Below, in pieces: positions 12,401 to 26,776 of a stretch of 64,000 bases of DNA. This DNA is from Balanoglossus misakiensis. Its lineage: Eukaryota; Animalia; Hemichordata. Under the pieces are notes generated by a model. It was not told where the DNA came from. It searched no databases and saw only the letters and a program-made list of their open reading frames with translations. Position 1 is the first letter of the stretch, and each line of letters begins with the position of its first letter. The position numbers and the translations under genes were made by a program. Where the stretch lies: positions 776,542 through 840,541 of the forward strand of contig CM082583.2 of the NCBI GenBank assembly GCA_040954595.2. The letters run 5' to 3'.

Positions 12401-15400
12401 CAAAAACGAATAAAACGCAATTTTGTATTAAATAACCTCATTCAGAGTGCATTATTTAATAATCAGCACCATTTTTACATATAATGGAAATTTCATACAT
12501 CACCAGATATCCAAATATGAAAAAATGATTTAGATTTTAGATGATTGTCCAAAATTAGCTGATATCTAATAAATGTAGTATTGAACCGTTCTGTTCCCCC
12601 CCCCCTCCCCTACATTATATGCGGTACGCCGATGTCAGCTTACCCGGCAGTACTGCAGGCCGTGCCCCCACCTAACGTCGGTGTTTGAAACGCCCTGGTT
12701 AAATTCGGGCTTTCTCTATAAATTGACAGGCAATAATGCAGTCCTACCCGAACAAATGTCGAGTGTTGACACGCTGTGACTTTCCCTCTTCGGTTTGCCC
12801 GACTTAGCCGACGTCTTTGTACTAGAGTGTCGGGTCTTTTGCAGAGCCAGGCCGAAGGAAATCCGACTTGATCACCGTTGCTAACGAACGCTAGTGTCTG
12901 TCATGGTGTGCCGGGGTTTTAGTCGAGCCAGGCCGTAGGAGATCTGACTTGATCATCGTGGTCAATGTACGCGTGTTTCCGCTCTAAAGTGCCGGGGCTT
13001 CAGCTAAACCAGGCCGTAGGAAATCCGTCGTAATCACCGTTGATAACTTACGCCAGTCTGTGTCATATAGAGCCGGTGCACCAGCCGAGTCACGCCGTAG
13101 GAAATCTGACTTGATCAACGTGGTCAATGTACGCCTGTTTCTGCTCTAGAGTGCCGGGGCTTCAGCTGAGCAAGGCCGTAGGAAACCCGACGTGATTACA
13201 GTTGTTAACTTACGCCAGTCTGTGTCCTATATATAGTGCCGGGGCATCAGCCGTGCCAGGCCGAAGGAAATGTGAGTAGATCAACGTGGTCTCTGTACGC
13301 GTGTTTCTGCTCTAGAGTGTCAGGGCTTTAGCAAAGCCATGCCGTAGGAAATCTGACTTGATCAACGTTGCTAGCGAACGCTAGTGTCTGTCATAGTGTG
13401 CCGGGGTTTTAGTCGAGCCAAGCCGTAGGAGATCAGACTTGATCAACGTGGTCTCTGTACGCGTGTTTCTGCTCTTGACTGCCGGGGCTTTATCCAAGCC
13501 ATGCCGTAGAAAATCTGACTTGATCACCGTTGCTAACGTACGCTAGTGTCTGTCATATAGTGACGGAGATTTAGCCGAGCCAGGCCGTAAAAAATCGACT
13601 TGTTCAACGTTACCAGTGTGCAACTGTTTCTGCTCTAGAGTGTCAGGGTTTTAGCCGATTTATGCTGTAGGAAATCAGAGTTGATGAACGGGAATTCAAT
13701 GTTAGAAAACCCGTGTGGAAAGTATCTCTACTCGTTTGAAACTAAGAAAAGAATTTATTCTTATTTATTTTGTAAAAAAGACAATGTTTCGAAACAAAGG
13801 CGAAAATGGTAATTTTGTCTTGGGTGATTCAAATTATACCACCTTTTCTGGAATTTGCAGCACTTTTTACAAGAGAACGACACTTCATGCTCCATAATAT
13901 TTCCGAAAATGAAGAAAAGAGTTAATTTTTTATGAGTTTTTAAAATTTTACCATTTTTATCAAAATATGGCCAAAATGGCTATTTTTTCTTGAATTCCGT
14001 CAATATCTCTGCATTTTTGGAGTGGTCGAAACTTTTAACATACAATCAACATGTCATATATGATCGGGGCACCAAATTCGAAGAACAAAGGTTTTTTTAT
14101 TTTTTTTTCTAAAAATGACATTTTCAAGGAAAATTTGGTAAAACGCAATTTTGTCTGCAGTGAGCCAAATTAGACGGTCTTTTGTGGAATTTGTATCGAT
14201 ATATACATACGAAGAGCATTCTATACTCCATCAGATTTCCGAAAATGTAGAAAAGGGTATTTTTTGTAATTTTGAAAAATTTTCCATTTTGACCAAATTG
14301 TGGCTAAAATTGTTATTTTCGTGTTGAATGCCGCCAGTGTCACTGCTTTTAAAAGTCATAAAAACTTTTAACATACAAGCCATTCTTTATATATGATCAG
14401 GTCACCGAATTAAAAAAATAAAGAATGTTTTGCCTAAAAATGACCTTTTAGGTGCAAAAACGAATAAAACGTAATTTTGTATTAAATCAGTTCATTCAGA
14501 GTGCATTTTTTATAATCAGCACCATTTTTACATAAAATGGAAATTTCATACATCATCAGATATCCAAATATGAAAAAATGATTTAGATTTTAGATGATTG
14601 TCCAAAATTAGCTGATATCTAATAAATGTAGTATTGAACCGTTCTGTTTCCCCCCCCCCCTATATTATATGCGGTACGCCGATGTCAGCTTACCCGGCAG
14701 TACTGCAGGCCGTGCCCCCAACTAACGTCGGTGTTTGTAACGCCCTGGTTAAATTCGGGCTTTCTCTATAAATTGACAGGCAATAATGCAGTCCTACCCG
14801 AACAAATGTCGAGTGTTGACCCGCTGTGACTTTCCCTCTTCGGTTTGCCCGACTTAGCCAACGTCTTTGTACTAGAGTGTCGGGTCTTTTGCAGAGCCAG
14901 GCCGAAGGAAATCCGACTTGATCACCGTTGCTAACGAACGCTAGTGTCTGTCATGGTGTGCCGGGGTTTTAGTCGAGCCAGGCCGTAGGAGATCTGACTT
15001 GATCATCGTGGTCAATGTACGCGTGTTTCCGCTCTAAAGTGCCGGGGCTTCAGCTAAACCAGGCCGTAGGAAATCCGTCGTAATCACCGTTGATAACTTA
15101 CGCCAGTCTGTGTCATATAGAGCCGGTGCACCAGCCGAGTCACGCCGTAGGAAATCTGACTTGATCAACGTGGTCAATGTACGCCTGTTTCTGCTCTAGA
15201 GTGCCGGGGCTTCAGCTGAGCCAGGCCGTAGGAAACCCGACGTGATTACAGTTGTTAACTTACGCCAGTCTGTGTCCTATATATAGTGCCGGGGCATCAG
15301 CCGTGCCAGGCCGAAGGAAATGTGAGTAGATCAACGTGGTCTCTGTACGCGTGTTTCTGCTCTAGAGTGTCAGGGCTTTAGCAAAGCCATGCCGTAGGAA

Positions 15401-18400
15401 ATCTGACTTGATCAACGTTGCTAGCGAACGCTAGTGTCTGTCATAGTGTGCCGGGGTTTTAGTCGAGCCAAGCCGTAGGAGATCAGACTTGATCAACGTG
15501 GTCTCTGTACGCGTGTTTCTGCTCTTGACTGCCGGGGCTTTATCCAAGCCATGCCGTAGAAAATCTGACTTGATCACCGTTGCTAACGTACGCTAGTGTC
15601 TGTCATATAGTGACGGAGATTTAGCCGAGCCAGGCCGTAAAAAATCGACTTGTTCAACGTTACCAGTGTGCAACTGTTTCTGCTCTAGAGTGTCAGGGTT
15701 TTAGCCGATTTATGCTGTAGGAAATCAGAGTTGATGAACGGGAATTCAATGTTAGAAAACCCGTGTGGAAAGTATCTCTACTCGTTTGAAACTAAGAAAA
15801 GAATTTATTCTTATTTATTTTGTAAAAAAGACAATGTTTCGAAACAAAGGCGAAAATGGTAATTTTGTCTTGGGTGATTCAAATTATACCACCTTTTCTG
15901 GAATTTGCAGCACTTTTTACAAGAGAACGACACTTCATGCTCCATAATATTTCCGAAAATGAAGAAAAGAGTTAATTTTTTATGAGTTTTTAAAATTTTA
16001 CCATTTTTATCAAAATATGGCCAAAATGGCTATTTTTTCTTGAATTCCGTCAATATCTCTGCATTTTTGGAGTGGTCGAAACTTTTAACATACAATCAAC
16101 ATGTCATATATGATCGGGGCACCAAATTCGAAGAACAAAGGTTTTTTTATTTTTTTTTCTAAAAATGACATTTTCAAGGAAAATTTGGTAAAACGCAATT
16201 TTGTCTGCAGTGAGCCAAATTAGACGGTCTTTTGTGGAATTTGTATCGATATATACATACGAAGAGCATTCTATACTCCATCAGATTTCCGAAAATGTAG
16301 AAAAGGGTATTTTTTGTAATTTTGAAAAATTTTCCATTTTGACCAAATTGTGGCTAAAATTGTTATTTTCGTGTTGAATGCCGCCAGTGTCACTGCTTTT
16401 AAAAGTCATAAAAACTTTTAACATACAAGCCATTCTTTATATATGATCAGGTCACCGAATTAAAAAAATAAAGAATGTTTTGCCTAAAAATGACCTTTTA
16501 GGTGCAAAAACGAATAAAACGTAATTTTGTATTAAATCAGTTCATTCAGAGTGCATTTTTTATAATCAGCACCATTTTTACATATAATGGAAATTTCATA
16601 CATCATCAGATATCCAAATATGAAAAAATGATTTAGATTTTAGATGATTGTCCAAAATTAGCTGATATCTAATAAATGTAGTATTCAACCGTTCTGTTTC
16701 CCCCCCCCCCTATATTATATGCGGTACGCCGATGTCAGCTTACCCGGCAGTACTGCAGGCCGTGCCCCCAACTAACGTCGGTGTTTGTAACGCCCTGGTT
16801 AAATTCGGGCTTTCTCTATAAATTGACAGGCAATAATGCAGTCCTACCCGAACAAATGTCGAGTGTTGACCCGCTGTGACTTTCCCTCTTCGGTTTGCCC
16901 GACTTAGCCAACGTCTTTGTACTAGAGTGTCGGGTCTTTTGCAGAGCCAGGCCGAAGGAAATCCGACTTGATCACCGTTGCTAACGAACGCTAGTGTCTG
17001 TCATGGTGTGCCGGGGTTTTAGTCGAGCCAGGCCGTAGGAGATCTGCCTTGATCATCGTGGTCAATGTACGCGTGTTTCCGCTCTAAAGTGCCGGGGCTT
17101 CAGCTAAACCATGCCGTAGGAAATCCGACGTAATCATCGTTGATAACTTACGCCAGTCTGTGTCATATAGAGCCGGTGCACCAGCCGAATCACGCCGTAG
17201 GAAATCTGACTTGATCAACGTGGTCAATGTACGCCTGTTTCTGCTCTAGAGTGCCGGGGCTTCAGCTGAGCCAGGCCGTAGGAAACCCGACGTGATTACC
17301 GTTGTTAACTTACGCCAGTCTGTGTCCTATATATAGTGCCGGGGCATCAGCCGTGCCAGGCCGAAGGAAATGTGAGTAGATCAACGTGGTCTCTGTACGC
17401 GTGTTTCTGCTCTAGAGTGCCGGGGCTTTATCCAAGCCATGCCGTAGAAAATCTGACTTGATCACCGTTGCTAACGTACGATAGTGTCTGTCATATTGTG
17501 ACGGAGATTTAGCCGAGCCAGGCCGTAGAAAAATCGACTTGTTCAACGTTACCAGTGTGCAACTGTTTCTGCTCTAAAGTCTCAGGGTTTTAGCCGACTT
17601 ATGCTGTAGGAAATCTGAGTTGATGAACGGGAATTCAATGTTAGAAAACCCGTGTGGAAAGTATCTCTACCCGTTTGAAACTAAGAAAAGAATTTATTCT
17701 TATTTTATTTCTAAAAATGACATTTTCAAGGAAAATTTGGTAAAACGCAATTTTGTCTGCAGTGAGCCAAATTAGACGGTCTTTTGTGGAATTTGTATCG
17801 ATATATACATACGAAGAGCATTCTATACTCCATCAGATTTCCGAAAATGTAGAAAACATGTATTTTTTGTAATTTTCAAAAATTTACCATTTTGACCAAA
17901 TTGTGGCTAAAATTGTTATTTTCGTGTTGAATGCCGCCAGTGTCACTGCTTTTAAAAGTCATAAAAATTTTCAACATACAAGCAATTATATATATATGAT
18001 CAGGTCACCGAATTAAAAAAATAAAGAATGTTTTGCCTAAAAATGACCTTTTTGGTGCAAAAACGAATAAAACGCAATTTTGTATTTAATCAGCTCATTC
18101 AGAGTGCATTTTTTATAATCAGCACCATTTTTACATATAATGGAAATTTCATACATCATCAGATATCCAAATATGAAAAAATGATTTAGATTTTAGATGA
18201 TTGTCCAAAATTAGCTGATATTTAATAAATGTAGTAATGAACCGTTCTGTCCCCCCCCCCCCCTACATTATATGCGGTACGCCGATGTCAGCTTACCCGG
18301 CAGTACTGCAGGCCGTGCCCCCAACTAACGTCGGTGTTTGAAACGCCCTGGTTAAATTCGGGCTTTCTCTATAAATTGACAGGCAATAATGCAGTCCTAC

Positions 18401-21400
18401 CCAACCAAATGTCGAGTGTTGACCCGCTGTGACTTTCCCTCTTCGGTTTGCCCGACTTAGCCAACGTCTTTGTACTAATGTGTCGGGTCTTTTGCAGAGC
18501 CAGGCCGAAGGAAATCCGACTTGATCACCGTTGCTAACGAACGCTAGTGTCTGTCATGGTGTGCCGGGGTTTAGTCGAGCCAGGCCGTAGGAGATCTGAC
18601 TTGATCATCGTGGTCAATGTACGCGTGTTTCCGCTCTAAAGTGCCGGGGCTTCAGCTAAACCAGGCCGTAGGAAATCCGACGTAATCACCGTTGATAACT
18701 TACGCCAGTCTGTGTCATATAGAGCCGGTGCACCAGCCGAGTCACGCCGTAGGAAATCTGACTTGATCAACGTGGTCACTGTACGCCTGTTTCTGCTCTA
18801 GAGTGCCGGGGCTTCATCTGAGCCAGGCCGTAGGAAACCCGACGTGATTACCGTTGTTAACTTACGCCAGTCTGTGTCCTATATATAGTGCCGGGGCATC
18901 AGCCGTGCCAGGCCGAAGGAAATGTGAGTAGATCAACGTGGTCTCTGTACGCGTGTTTCTGCTCTAGAGTGCCAGGGCTTTAGCCAAGCCATGCCGTAGG
19001 AAATCTGACTTGATCAACGTTGCTAACGAACGCTAGTGTCTGTCATAGTGTGCCGGGGTTTTAGTCGAGCCAAGCCGTAGGAGATCAGACTTGATCAACG
19101 TGGTCTCTGTACGCGTGTTTCTGCTCTAGAGTGCCGGGGCTTTATCCGAGCTATGCCGTAGAAAATCTGACTTGATCACCGTTGCTAACTTACGCTAGTG
19201 TCTGTCATATTGTGACGGAGATTTAGCCGAGCCAGGCCGTAGAAAAATCGACTTTTTCAACGTTACCAGTGTGCAACTGTTTCTGCTCTAGAGTGTCAGG
19301 GTTTTAGCCGACTTGTGCTGTAGGAAATCTGAGTTGATGAACGGGAATTCAATGTTAGAAAACCCGTGTGTAAAGTATCTCTACCCGTTTGAAACTAAGA
19401 AAAGAATTTATTCTTATTTATTTTGTAAAACAAGACAATTTTTCGAAAAAAAGTCGAAAATGGTAATTTTGTCTTGGGTCATTCAAATTATACCGCCTTT
19501 TCTGGAATTTGCAGCACTTTTTACAAGAGAACGACACTTCATGCTCCATAATATTTCCGAAAATGAAGAAAAGAGTTAATTTTTTATGATTTTTTAAAAA
19601 ATTACCATTTTTGTCAAAATATGGCCAAAATGGCTATTTTTTCTTGAATTCCGTCAATATCTCTGCATTTTTGGAGTGGTCGAAAGTTTTAACATACAAT
19701 CAACATGTCATATATGATCAGGGTACCAAATTCGAAGAACAAAGTTTTTTTTAGTTTTTTTTCTAAAAATGACATTTTCAAGGAACATTTGGTAAAACGC
19801 AATTTTGTCTGCAGTGAGCCAAATTAGATTGTCTTTTGTGGAATTTGTATCGATATATACATACGAAGAGCATTCTATACTCCATCAGATTTCCGAAAAT
19901 GTAGAGAACAGGTATTTTTTGTAATTTTCAAAAATTTACCATTTTGACCAAATTATGGCTAAAATTGTTATTTTCGTGTTGAATGCCGCCAGTGTCACTG
20001 CTTTTAAAAGTCATAAAAACTTTTAACATACAAGCAATTGTTTATATATGATCAGGTCACCGAATTAAAAAAAATAAAGAATGTTTGGCCTAAAAATGAC
20101 CTTTTTGGTGCAAAAACGAATAAAACGCAATTTTGTATTAAATAACCTCATTCAGAGTGCATTTTTTTATAATCAGCACCATTTTTACATATAATGGAAA
20201 TTTCATACATCACCAGATATCCAAATATGAAAAAATGATTTAGATTTTAGATGATTGTCCAAAATTAGCTGATATCTAATAAATGTAGTATTGAACCGTT
20301 CTGTTCCCCCCCCCCCCTCCCCTACATTATATGCGGTACGCCGATGTCAGCTTACCCGGCAGTACTGCAGGCCGTGCCCCCACCTAACGTCGGTGTTTGA
20401 AATGCCCTGGTTAAATTCGGGCTTTCTCTATAAATTGACAGGCAATAATGCAGTCCTACCCGAACAAATGTCGAGTGTTGACACGCTGTGACTTTCCCTC
20501 TTCGGTTTGCCCGACTTAGCCGACGTCTTTGTACTAGAGTGTCGGGTCTTTTGCAGAGCCAGGCCGAAGGAAATCCGACTTGATCACCGTTGCTAACGAA
20601 CGCTAGTGTCTGTCATGGTGTGCCGGGGTTTTAGTCGAGCCAGGCCGTAGGAGATCTGACTTGATCATCGTGGTCAATGTACGCGTGTTTCCGCTCTAAA
20701 GTGCCGGGGCTTCAGCTAAACCAGGCCGTAGGAAATCCGACGTAATCACCGTTGATAACTTACGCCAGTCTGTGTCATATAGAGCCGGTGCACCAGCCGA
20801 GTCACGCCGTAGGAAATCTGACTTGATCAACGTGGTCACTGTACGCCTGTTTCTGCTCTAGAGTGCCGGGGCTTCATCTGAGCCAGGCCGTAGGAAACCC
20901 GACGTGATTACCGTTGTTAACTTACGCCAGTCTGTGTCCTATATATAGTGCCGGGGCATCAGCCGTGCCAGGCCGAAGGAAATGTGAGTAGATCAACGTG
21001 GTCTCTGTACGCGTGTTTCTGCTCTAGAGTGCCAGGGCTTTAGCCAAGCCATGCCGTAGGAAATCTGACTTGATCAACGTTGCTAACGAACGCTAGTGTC
21101 TGTCATAGTGTGCCGGGGTTTTAGTCGAGCCAAGCCGTAGGAGATCAGACTTGATCAACGTGGTCTCTGTACGCGTGTTTCTGCTCTAGAGTGCCGGGGC
21201 TTTATCCGAGCTATGCCGTAGAAAATCTGACTTGATCACCGTTGCTAACTTACGCTAGTGTCTGTCATATTGTGACGGAGATTTAGCCGAGCCAGGCCGT
21301 AGAAAAATCGACTTTTTCAACGTTACCAGTGTGCAACTGTTTCTGCTCTAGAGTGTCAGGGTTTTAGCCGACTTGTGCTGTAGGAAATCTGAGTTGATGA

Positions 21401-22957
21401 ACGGGAATTCAATGTTAGAAAACCCGTGTGTAAAGTATCTCTACCCGTTTGAAACTAAGAAAAGAATTTATTCTTATTTATTTTGTAAAACAAGACAATT
21501 TTTCGAAAAAAAGTCGAAAATGGTAATTTTGTCTTGGGTCATTCAAATTATACCGCCTTTTCTGGAATTTGCAGCACTTTTTACAAGAGAACGACACTTC
21601 ATGCTCCATAATATTTCCGAAAATGAAGAAAAGAGTTAATTTTTTATGATTTTTTAAAAAATTACCATTTTTGTCAAAATATGGCCAAAATGGCTATTTT
21701 TTCTTGAATTCCGTCAATATCTCTGCATTTTTGGAGTGGTCGAAAGTTTTAACATACAATCAACATGTCATATATGATCAGGGTACCAAATTCGAAGAAC
21801 AAAGTTTTTTTTAGTTTTTTTTCTAAAAATGACATTTTCAAGGAACATTTGGTAAAACGCAATTTTGTCTGCAGTGAGCCAAATTAGATTGTCTTTTGTG
21901 GAATTTGTATCGATATATACATACGAAGAGCATTCTATACTCCATCAGATTTCCGAAAATGTAGAGAACAGGTATTTTTTGTAATTTTCAAAAATTTACC
22001 ATTTTGACCAAATTATGGCTAAAATTGTTATTTTCGTGTTGAATGCCGCCAGTGTCACTGCTTTTAAAAGTCATAAAAACTTTTAACATACAAGCAATTG
22101 TTTATATATGATCAGGTCACCGAATTAAAAAAAATAAAGAATGTTTGGCCTAAAAATGACCTTTTTGGTGCAAAAACGAATAAAACGCAATTTTGTATTA
22201 AATAACCTCATTCAGAGTGCATTTTTTTATAATCAGCACCATTTTTACATATAATGGAAATTTCATACATCACCAGATATCCAAATATGAAAAAATGATT
22301 TAGATTTTAGATGATTGTCCAAAATTAGCTGATATCTAATAAATGTAGTATTGAACCGTTCTGTTCCCCCCCCCCCCTCCCCTACATTATATGCGGTACG
22401 CCGATGTCAGCTTACCCGGCAGTACTGCAGGCCGTGCCCCCACCTAACGTCGGTGTTTGAAATGCCCTGGTTAAATTCGGGCTTTCTCTATAAATTGACA
22501 GGCAATAATGCAGTCCTACCCGAACAAATGTCGAGTGTTGACACGCTGTGACTTTCCCTCTTCGGTTTGCCCGACTTAGCCGACGTCTTTGTACTAGAGT
22601 GTCGGGTCTTTTGCAGAGCCAGGCCGAAGGAAATCCGACTTGATCACCGTTGCTAACGAACGCTAGTGTCTGTCATGGTGTGCCGGGGTTTTAGTCGAGC
22701 CAGGCCGTAGGAGATCTGACTTGATCATCGTGGTCAATGTACGCGTGTTTCCGCTCTAAAGTGCCGGGGCTTCAGCTAAACCAGGCCGTAGGAAATCCGA
22801 CGTAATCACCGTTGATAACTTACGCCAGTCTGTGTCATATAGAGCCGGTGCACCAGCCGAGTCACGCCGTAGGAAATCTGACTTGATCAACGTGGTCAAT
22901 GTACGCCTGTTTCTGCTCTAGAGTGCCGGGGCTTCAGCTGAGCCAGGCCGTAGGAAA

Positions 22958-23205
22958 CACAGCACGAAATAGGCATTTTAAGTCATTTTATGCAATTGCA
23001 TAATACTGCATAAAGTTGGTCTTCTTTTACAAGCCCCTTTATGCAACCGCTTAAAGAGGTGTGAAGTTGGTCAACAGTGTTTATCTTGCTATCTCCTTTA
23101 ATTGGTTGCATAAATGAGTATAATGGCTTACCGATTATATGCACCTTTATGCAAAGTATAAAGATGGTTACATGACTCAACGAATATATACACATTTATG
23201 CACGT
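22958..23205. repeat. Left TIR and subterminal repeats of the CACTA element
   Basis: CACAG terminus, then at least 6 copies of TTTATGCA/TGCATAA(A) in both orientations. Confidence 0.85.
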
Positions 23206-26200
23206 TATAAAGACGGCCACAGTTTTCAGGAAGCGCCAGCCATCGGCAACCTGGTCGGCTACTTTGCGGTACTGGTGGCCTAGCTACTTTTTCTTATTAA
23301 AATACCACCCCCTCATTCGATCTTTGACAGTCATACAATTGAAACAATAGCCTAATTTAACCGTTTTGCATTGCTATATGTCATCGACATTTGAAGTGCA
23401 TGACAGAACGAATGTCATTGGGCCGACTAGGCCCCACTGGCTTTGAACATCATGTCATGACTATGGTATATGTCATATATGTCAGACGATCGGTTATTAG
23501 CATATCAGTGTGGGATTGTGGCAGGTGGAGGCGCAGTACAGGTTGCGATAATGATCATTTGAGCCTTCTCTGTAGCGTTTGTAAAACGCCGTTGTTATAA
23601 AAATCACAAATAAATATCTCTTCATTACATTGACATGATTTTTATGCGAATAAACAACACATTGGCATATGATTTCAAAGTACGGTAGGCAACAAGGTAC
23701 AGTCGCGTGTGCGGCGCTCCATATATCTCGGGACACTCGCGCAATGCCACTCAGCCTCCTAGATGAAAAAAATCCGACCACGCGGTGGTTGGAACCCCAT
23801 TCATGGCGCTAAGCGCTGTAACATTTGTTAGAACAATATGATACAATGTTTATATGCTTATTGACCTTATAATGCATACATGCGTCTAATAGTGGAAGTG
23901 ACCTCATGAATGACATTGTTTTCAAGCTCATCCTTTCATGAATAACGTGTGACCAACAGCGCAAAACTGGCCAATTACGGTTCCAACATGCGTCTATGGT
24001 TCCAACAACAGACAAAATAAAAACTAGAAAAGTATACAGAGATACAAAACCAGCAAATATTGCTTCTAGGGTGATTAAAGCCATGATTGACGCCCTGAAA
24101 GATGTGAAATGACTCAGTTGTGTTCACTATTCATCAAGAATTGAAAGGAAGCAGCAAGTTATGGTGAAAACAAAAGCGGACATAAGGCAAAAATACGGGA
24201 GTTGACAGTGACACGTTCGGCATAGCGGGCAGACATAAATGCGTCGGGGGAAAGCCGGGCCATTAGTGATAGCGTCGGGGGCCCCGACGCTGTTTGGGCC
24301 TGGGGAGAGCTGTATATTTACAAATCAGACAAGAGTAGTCATCAAAACTCTTAGTATACTCAATACTTATAGTATGTTTTAGGAATGCACAATTACCCGT
24401 AATGCATTGGGTTTAAAATGTTTCTTCCAGCGAAGAGAGCGAGAAGGGACTTGAAAACGTATGCCCCTTGAATCTTCGGAACAATAATAAATAGAAAACA
24501 TACATGTGTAAAAGAAAGTTGTATCTAAAAACCGTCTAGTTTGCATTAGTCACATGCACTTCTCTTCGTAATGTTTATTCCGTAAACGCATCTATCGCAC
24601 GTTTTTAACACATTTCCCAGGTTTTAGACTCGGTTGGTCTAAATTGCCTGGAGGCGGTGAAGAAGGACCGTGTGTGTATCTTGTTGCAAGGTGCGGGCGT
24701 CCTTTGATCTGCACAGCACATAGGTTAATGGTAAAACTTAGCGTTTGTATAAACATTGATGTGCAAACACACGGAAAACGTTCCCACCACAGTTGCACCG
24801 ATTAACATGTCAAACGCGTGTTTATGTTCTTGCCCTCCAGACAAACATTCGAGGTTTTGAACACCGACTCCCCTGTATGAGTCGAAATGATGTCTGCGGA
24901 GAACGAGCTTCTCAGAATTACACATGCACAACACACGCATGTCTAAAATGACGTCCAACTATTGTCTCACCAAGAACATCGGTTACATGTATCTTTATTT
25001 GTACGTATGCGATGCTGATCCCTGTAATCGTAATGTAAAGCCCGATAAAATCAAGTGTGGACGCGCTGCACGCGCGTTGCCACTGCAGTGATTTTCAATG
25101 TACCTACATGTAAAAGGAAGGCTGATGATATAAATTATATCCCTACTAGGCCTAGCACAGCCCATACGAAACAACAGCCTACGTTTCGGATGCGGCGCTC
25201 TTAATTTGTGTGGGCTGGCAATGAGCGCTGCACTGGATGCCTTCCAACTACATAACCCCCCCCCCCCCCCCAAACGTTCATGAACTATAGTAGTTCGAAC
25301 AAATAAAAAGTATTGGCCTGTGGTGCGTGCCTGTGTTGCTGATCAGGACAGCATCGATAGACCAGCAAAGAATGTCTTGAAACATGGCTATAACTCTGGC
25401 ATAATAGGCCTACTGACCAATTGTAGAAACAAAATCCAATTGAAATTAAGCCCATCCCCGAATGTGTGAAAAGCGTGTTTTTCCGACGAGAATATCTCGA
25501 AATTTTTCGCGTAGAAGCGTTCTAAATCGTTATTTCTGAATACTGGGGCCAGTATTTTGTCAGCGAAATCGCATTTCGTTCATTGCCGCTCCAACCAAAA
25601 TTACAACAGATAGTACGCTCAATTATGCTCAGCCTGTTGAAATATTAACATTCGACGGAGCCGGTGGTCCAGTCAGCGATCACGTGAAACACAGCTATTA
25701 TTAGAAAAAGAGACTCGACTCGTCGCGGTGATATATAGGCCTAAATCGGCAAATGGCGTGCCCATTTGCGTTTACTCAAATGAAACTGAGTATCTAGCGA
25801 ACCCCGTCATATTAAAATATAATATTACGGAGAGCTGTTCTCTGTGTTCCAATTACTAGCATGGCTCTAGTGATTCCTGTTTCTCCCCTGCCCTGTTAAC
25901 GGGGAATTCAGTCGCCAACACACCGTGCACACACAGCACGATGTAATCGACTGGACGACGATCGTGCCAATAATCTGATGCTTCTTACAATCGAAGGATC
26001 AAGGTTGCAGACTTTCGTTTCAACCGAGCAAGGGAAACTTTCGCTTCGCGTGCAAATAGAAATCCTGTTAATTCTACTAAAAGTTCATTTCCAATGACTG
26101 TAGAGCGTTACAGTATTAGTTACGACACCTGAATTTCGTTGACTTGAATTCGGAAATGGCCGTAATTACGCGTTCGAGACTAGTCTGTGTTTTCCTGCCT

Positions 26201-26776
26201 ACATTCTCGAGCTCCGTTTCGACTTGAGCGTGATAGGTGATAGCCTATGACCGCTCTGATCAGAATTACACTAATTGTGTTGATTAATATTATTAGGTTA
26301 AACAGGATATTCCTCCGAGTCCACGAACGCTTACGACACCAACTGATGCTATATGTATGTCTCTGCTCGCGGCAATGAAATACAAGGTCTTGTGCAACAT
26401 AAAATTTAGTCGTATCGCCAATTATAAAATGTCACAATTAAAATGACGTCGAATTATATCAGTCATCAGCGCTGGCCATTTGAGTTTGGATTTTCATTGT
26501 TCGACAGAGAATGATAATTTGATTGTAGCGTAGAAATCTTTGCACCGACCGCGGCACATACAGCATCAAAGGACGCATCGATTGCTGCGCGTTCTCTTAA
26601 TCATGCACGCGAAATGTTAGAATTAAGTAAAAATGTAGCAGAACTTTTTCTCTTGACGCAACAGAAATCTTGCCGATTCAGGGAGTTATGATAAATCGTT
26701 TCGCACACTTAGTGAAAAACACGGGAAGGCCCCATAACCGCCGAACACTTATGTTTCGTTCTAGTGGTAAACTGAC

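Larger units (their letters stand above)
1..22957. repeat. Composite tandem macrosatellite, ~2.05-kb unit (left block, about 11 units)
   Basis: The landmark AACCGTTCTG + poly-C recurs at about 1982, 4197, 6572, 8457, 10368, 12583, 14637, 16687, 18239, 20293 and 22353. Spacings are ~2215, 2375, 1885, 1911, 2215, 2054, 2050, 1552, 2054 and 2060. The same spurious ORFs recur in the ORF track. Confidence 0.98.

Noticed and set aside
1026-22551. Recurrent 60-99-aa ORFs (MNRSVPP..., MCCRKSEL..., MESISTRL...)
   Set aside because: They are satellite translations. Frames open and close with homopolymer length changes between copies, and no domain is recognisable.
23220-24312. Possible nested hAT-type element ending GGGGAGAGCTG
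   Set aside because: I found no convincing matching left TIR or 8-bp TSD.
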